Source: Verrucomicrobiota bacterium
GTDB taxonomy: Bacteria > Verrucomicrobiota > Verrucomicrobiia > Limisphaerales > UBA9464
Length of the DNA stretch: 64,000 bases
Assembly (NCBI GenBank): GCA_046346705.1
Contig: JAXMHR010000011.1
Location: forward strand, 101,812 to 165,811
Reading direction: 5' to 3'
Shown here: one piece after another, positions 62,892 to 64,000 of the stretch
Layout of the letters: each line of letters starts with the position of its first letter
Position numbering within the stretch: the first letter of the stretch is position 1
The notes under the pieces: model-generated
Database searches by the model: none
What the model was told of the DNA's origin: nothing
The model's input: the letters and a program-made list of their open reading frames with translations, nothing else
Position numbers and translations under genes: made by a program

Positions 62892-63794
62892 TCAAGGATG
62901 CTCTTCCGGGGCGATTTCTCCTGCGGGAATCGGGAATGGGAGCCGGTTTTGCGGAGGCGGCAGGGGACAGGTGGCGAAGGGAGTAAAGCCGCAGGGCGGC
63001 GTGTAGGCGCGGTTGAAATCCAGGATGACGCGTCCGGTGGAGTCCGGCGGGCTTACATAGAGGAAGCGTCCGGATCCGTACGTGGTCTTGCCGGCGGTTT
63101 GGTCCCGGAACATCACAAAGTAGTCGGTCTCCCCCGGTTCCACGGCGACTTCAAGTCGATACTCCTTTCCGGCGTGGGAAAAGACGAGGGAACCCGGCGA
63201 GGGGAAATCCTGAGTCCCTCCGATCCGGCTCGGGACCCGGAGGGTTCGGGGACTGGCAAACGGCTCGAAGCGCCCTTCGATTCTCCAGGAAGGGGCATAG
63301 GGAAAGGAGTGCGGGGCCGTGAAGGATTTTCGCCACGGAGACTCCGGGTCCCGGACCCTCAGACCAATCCTCCCACTGCGTTCGATGACAATGATGGACA
63401 GGGGGCCTACTTCGAGTCGGGAGGGAGGCGGGGTGCGGTCTGAGACCAGCGACGCCTGGGTGACGGGGTGTCCATCGACTCGGGCCTGGACTCCAGGCGC
63501 CGCAAGGAATTGGACGGATTCTCCGGTTCGGATGAATTGCCCGATCCAGGGTGCCGAACGTCCTTTGGGGAGAACGACATCCTGGTTGGCGGCACTCCCG
63601 GCGGAATTCGTTCCCTCCTTCAGCCAGTGCAGTCCCACGAGTGTGGTCCATCCATTGGTGCCAGCCAGGAACTCGATGCGGCGGACCTTCCACGCCACCC
63701 AGTCCGGCGGATCCGCCGGCTGTGTGGCGCAACCGCCCCACAGGAGCATTGCTGCTGCGAGGGGAGGGAGAGTGTGGGTGGGGGATGGGGTCAT
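62892..63794 (-). CDS. DUF1684 domain protein, lipoprotein
   Basis: Lipobox LLWGGCA. GWTTLVGLHWL...FRDQTAGKTTYGSGRFLYV...DFNRAYTPPCGFTPFATCPLPPPQNRL is the DUF1684 signature. Confidence 0.75.
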   Translation of the reverse strand: MTPSPTHTLPPLAAAMLLWGGCATQPADPPDWVAWKVRRIEFLAGTNGWTTLVGLHWLKEGTNSAGSAANQDVVLPKGRSAPWIGQFIRTGESVQFLAAPGVQARVDGHPVTQASLVSDRTPPPSRLEVGPLSIIVIERSGRIGLRVRDPESPWRKSFTAPHSFPYAPSWRIEGRFEPFASPRTLRVPSRIGGTQDFPSPGSLVFSHAGKEYRLEVAVEPGETDYFVMFRDQTAGKTTYGSGRFLYVSPPDSTGRVILDFNRAYTPPCGFTPFATCPLPPPQNRLPFPIPAGEIAPEEHP

Positions 63795-63827
63795 GGAACG
63801 GGTGCGTTCTGAACCCGGGTCGAACCG

Positions 63828-64000
63828 TCAGGGTCTGGGCGCGTTCGTTTTGGACGCGGCCTTTCGGAACAATTCCTCGGTGCGATCCGCCGGGTTCGGC
63901 GGCAGCGGACGTCCCGGTGGGCCTGCCGAGTTGGTGGAAAGATTGGGCGGCGCGGTGAAGGGCAGGGCGGCCTTTTGAAGGAATTCCGCGATTTCGCGAA
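63828..64000 (-). CDS. 3' end of an unidentified CDS (5' part outside the window)
   Basis: The minus frame reads ...REIAEFLQKAALPFTAPPNLSTNSAGPPGRPLPPNPADRTEELFRKAASKTNAPRP-stop, with high GC3. No family assigned. Confidence 0.35.
   Translation of the reverse strand, partial: REIAEFLQKAALPFTAPPNLSTNSAGPPGRPLPPNPADRTEELFRKAASKTNAPRP

Overview
High-GC bacterial chromosomal window. Gene content points to the PVC superphylum, most likely Verrucomicrobiota: a PVC-type CxxCH heme/dehydrogenase protein, H-X9-DG prepilin-like proteins, PEP-CTERM tails and a giant LTD/CotH surface protein. All calls come from reading the sequence and ORF track and from recalled family motifs; no searches were run. 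I support about 60 protein genes, one tRNA-Arg(ACG), one decayed IS481-like element, a four-copy palindromic intergenic repeat family, heptanucleotide arrays and a 1.07-kb tandem duplication. Most of the window is housekeeping (trpS, rfbF, lhgO, hemB, folA, manA, accA, argH, rpmB, smpB, rpoZ, rsfS). Many of the longest track ORFs are antisense or off-frame artefacts of high GC, and several real genes start at internal Met codons. The accessory hot spot is about 12.8-22.9 kb. It holds two H-X9-DG pseudopilin-like genes and secreted proteins that share a C-terminal (Y/F)FR(L/I) tail module. One of these is tandemly duplicated, with a variable core and a frameshifted second copy. The 3.4-kb part of this block is bracketed by 70-bp direct repeats that copy the 5' end of a neighbouring SGNH hydrolase gene. 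A divergent LuxR regulator with an apparent pseudo-receiver domain, heptamer arrays and the IS remnant complete the region. Other notable items are an N-terminally truncated prfC, a Doc/AbrB-type toxin-antitoxin pair beside the tRNA, a coupled PIG-L deacetylase/GT4 glycosyltransferase pair, a membrane-anchored ECF sigma fusion and a 31-aa highly basic ORF.
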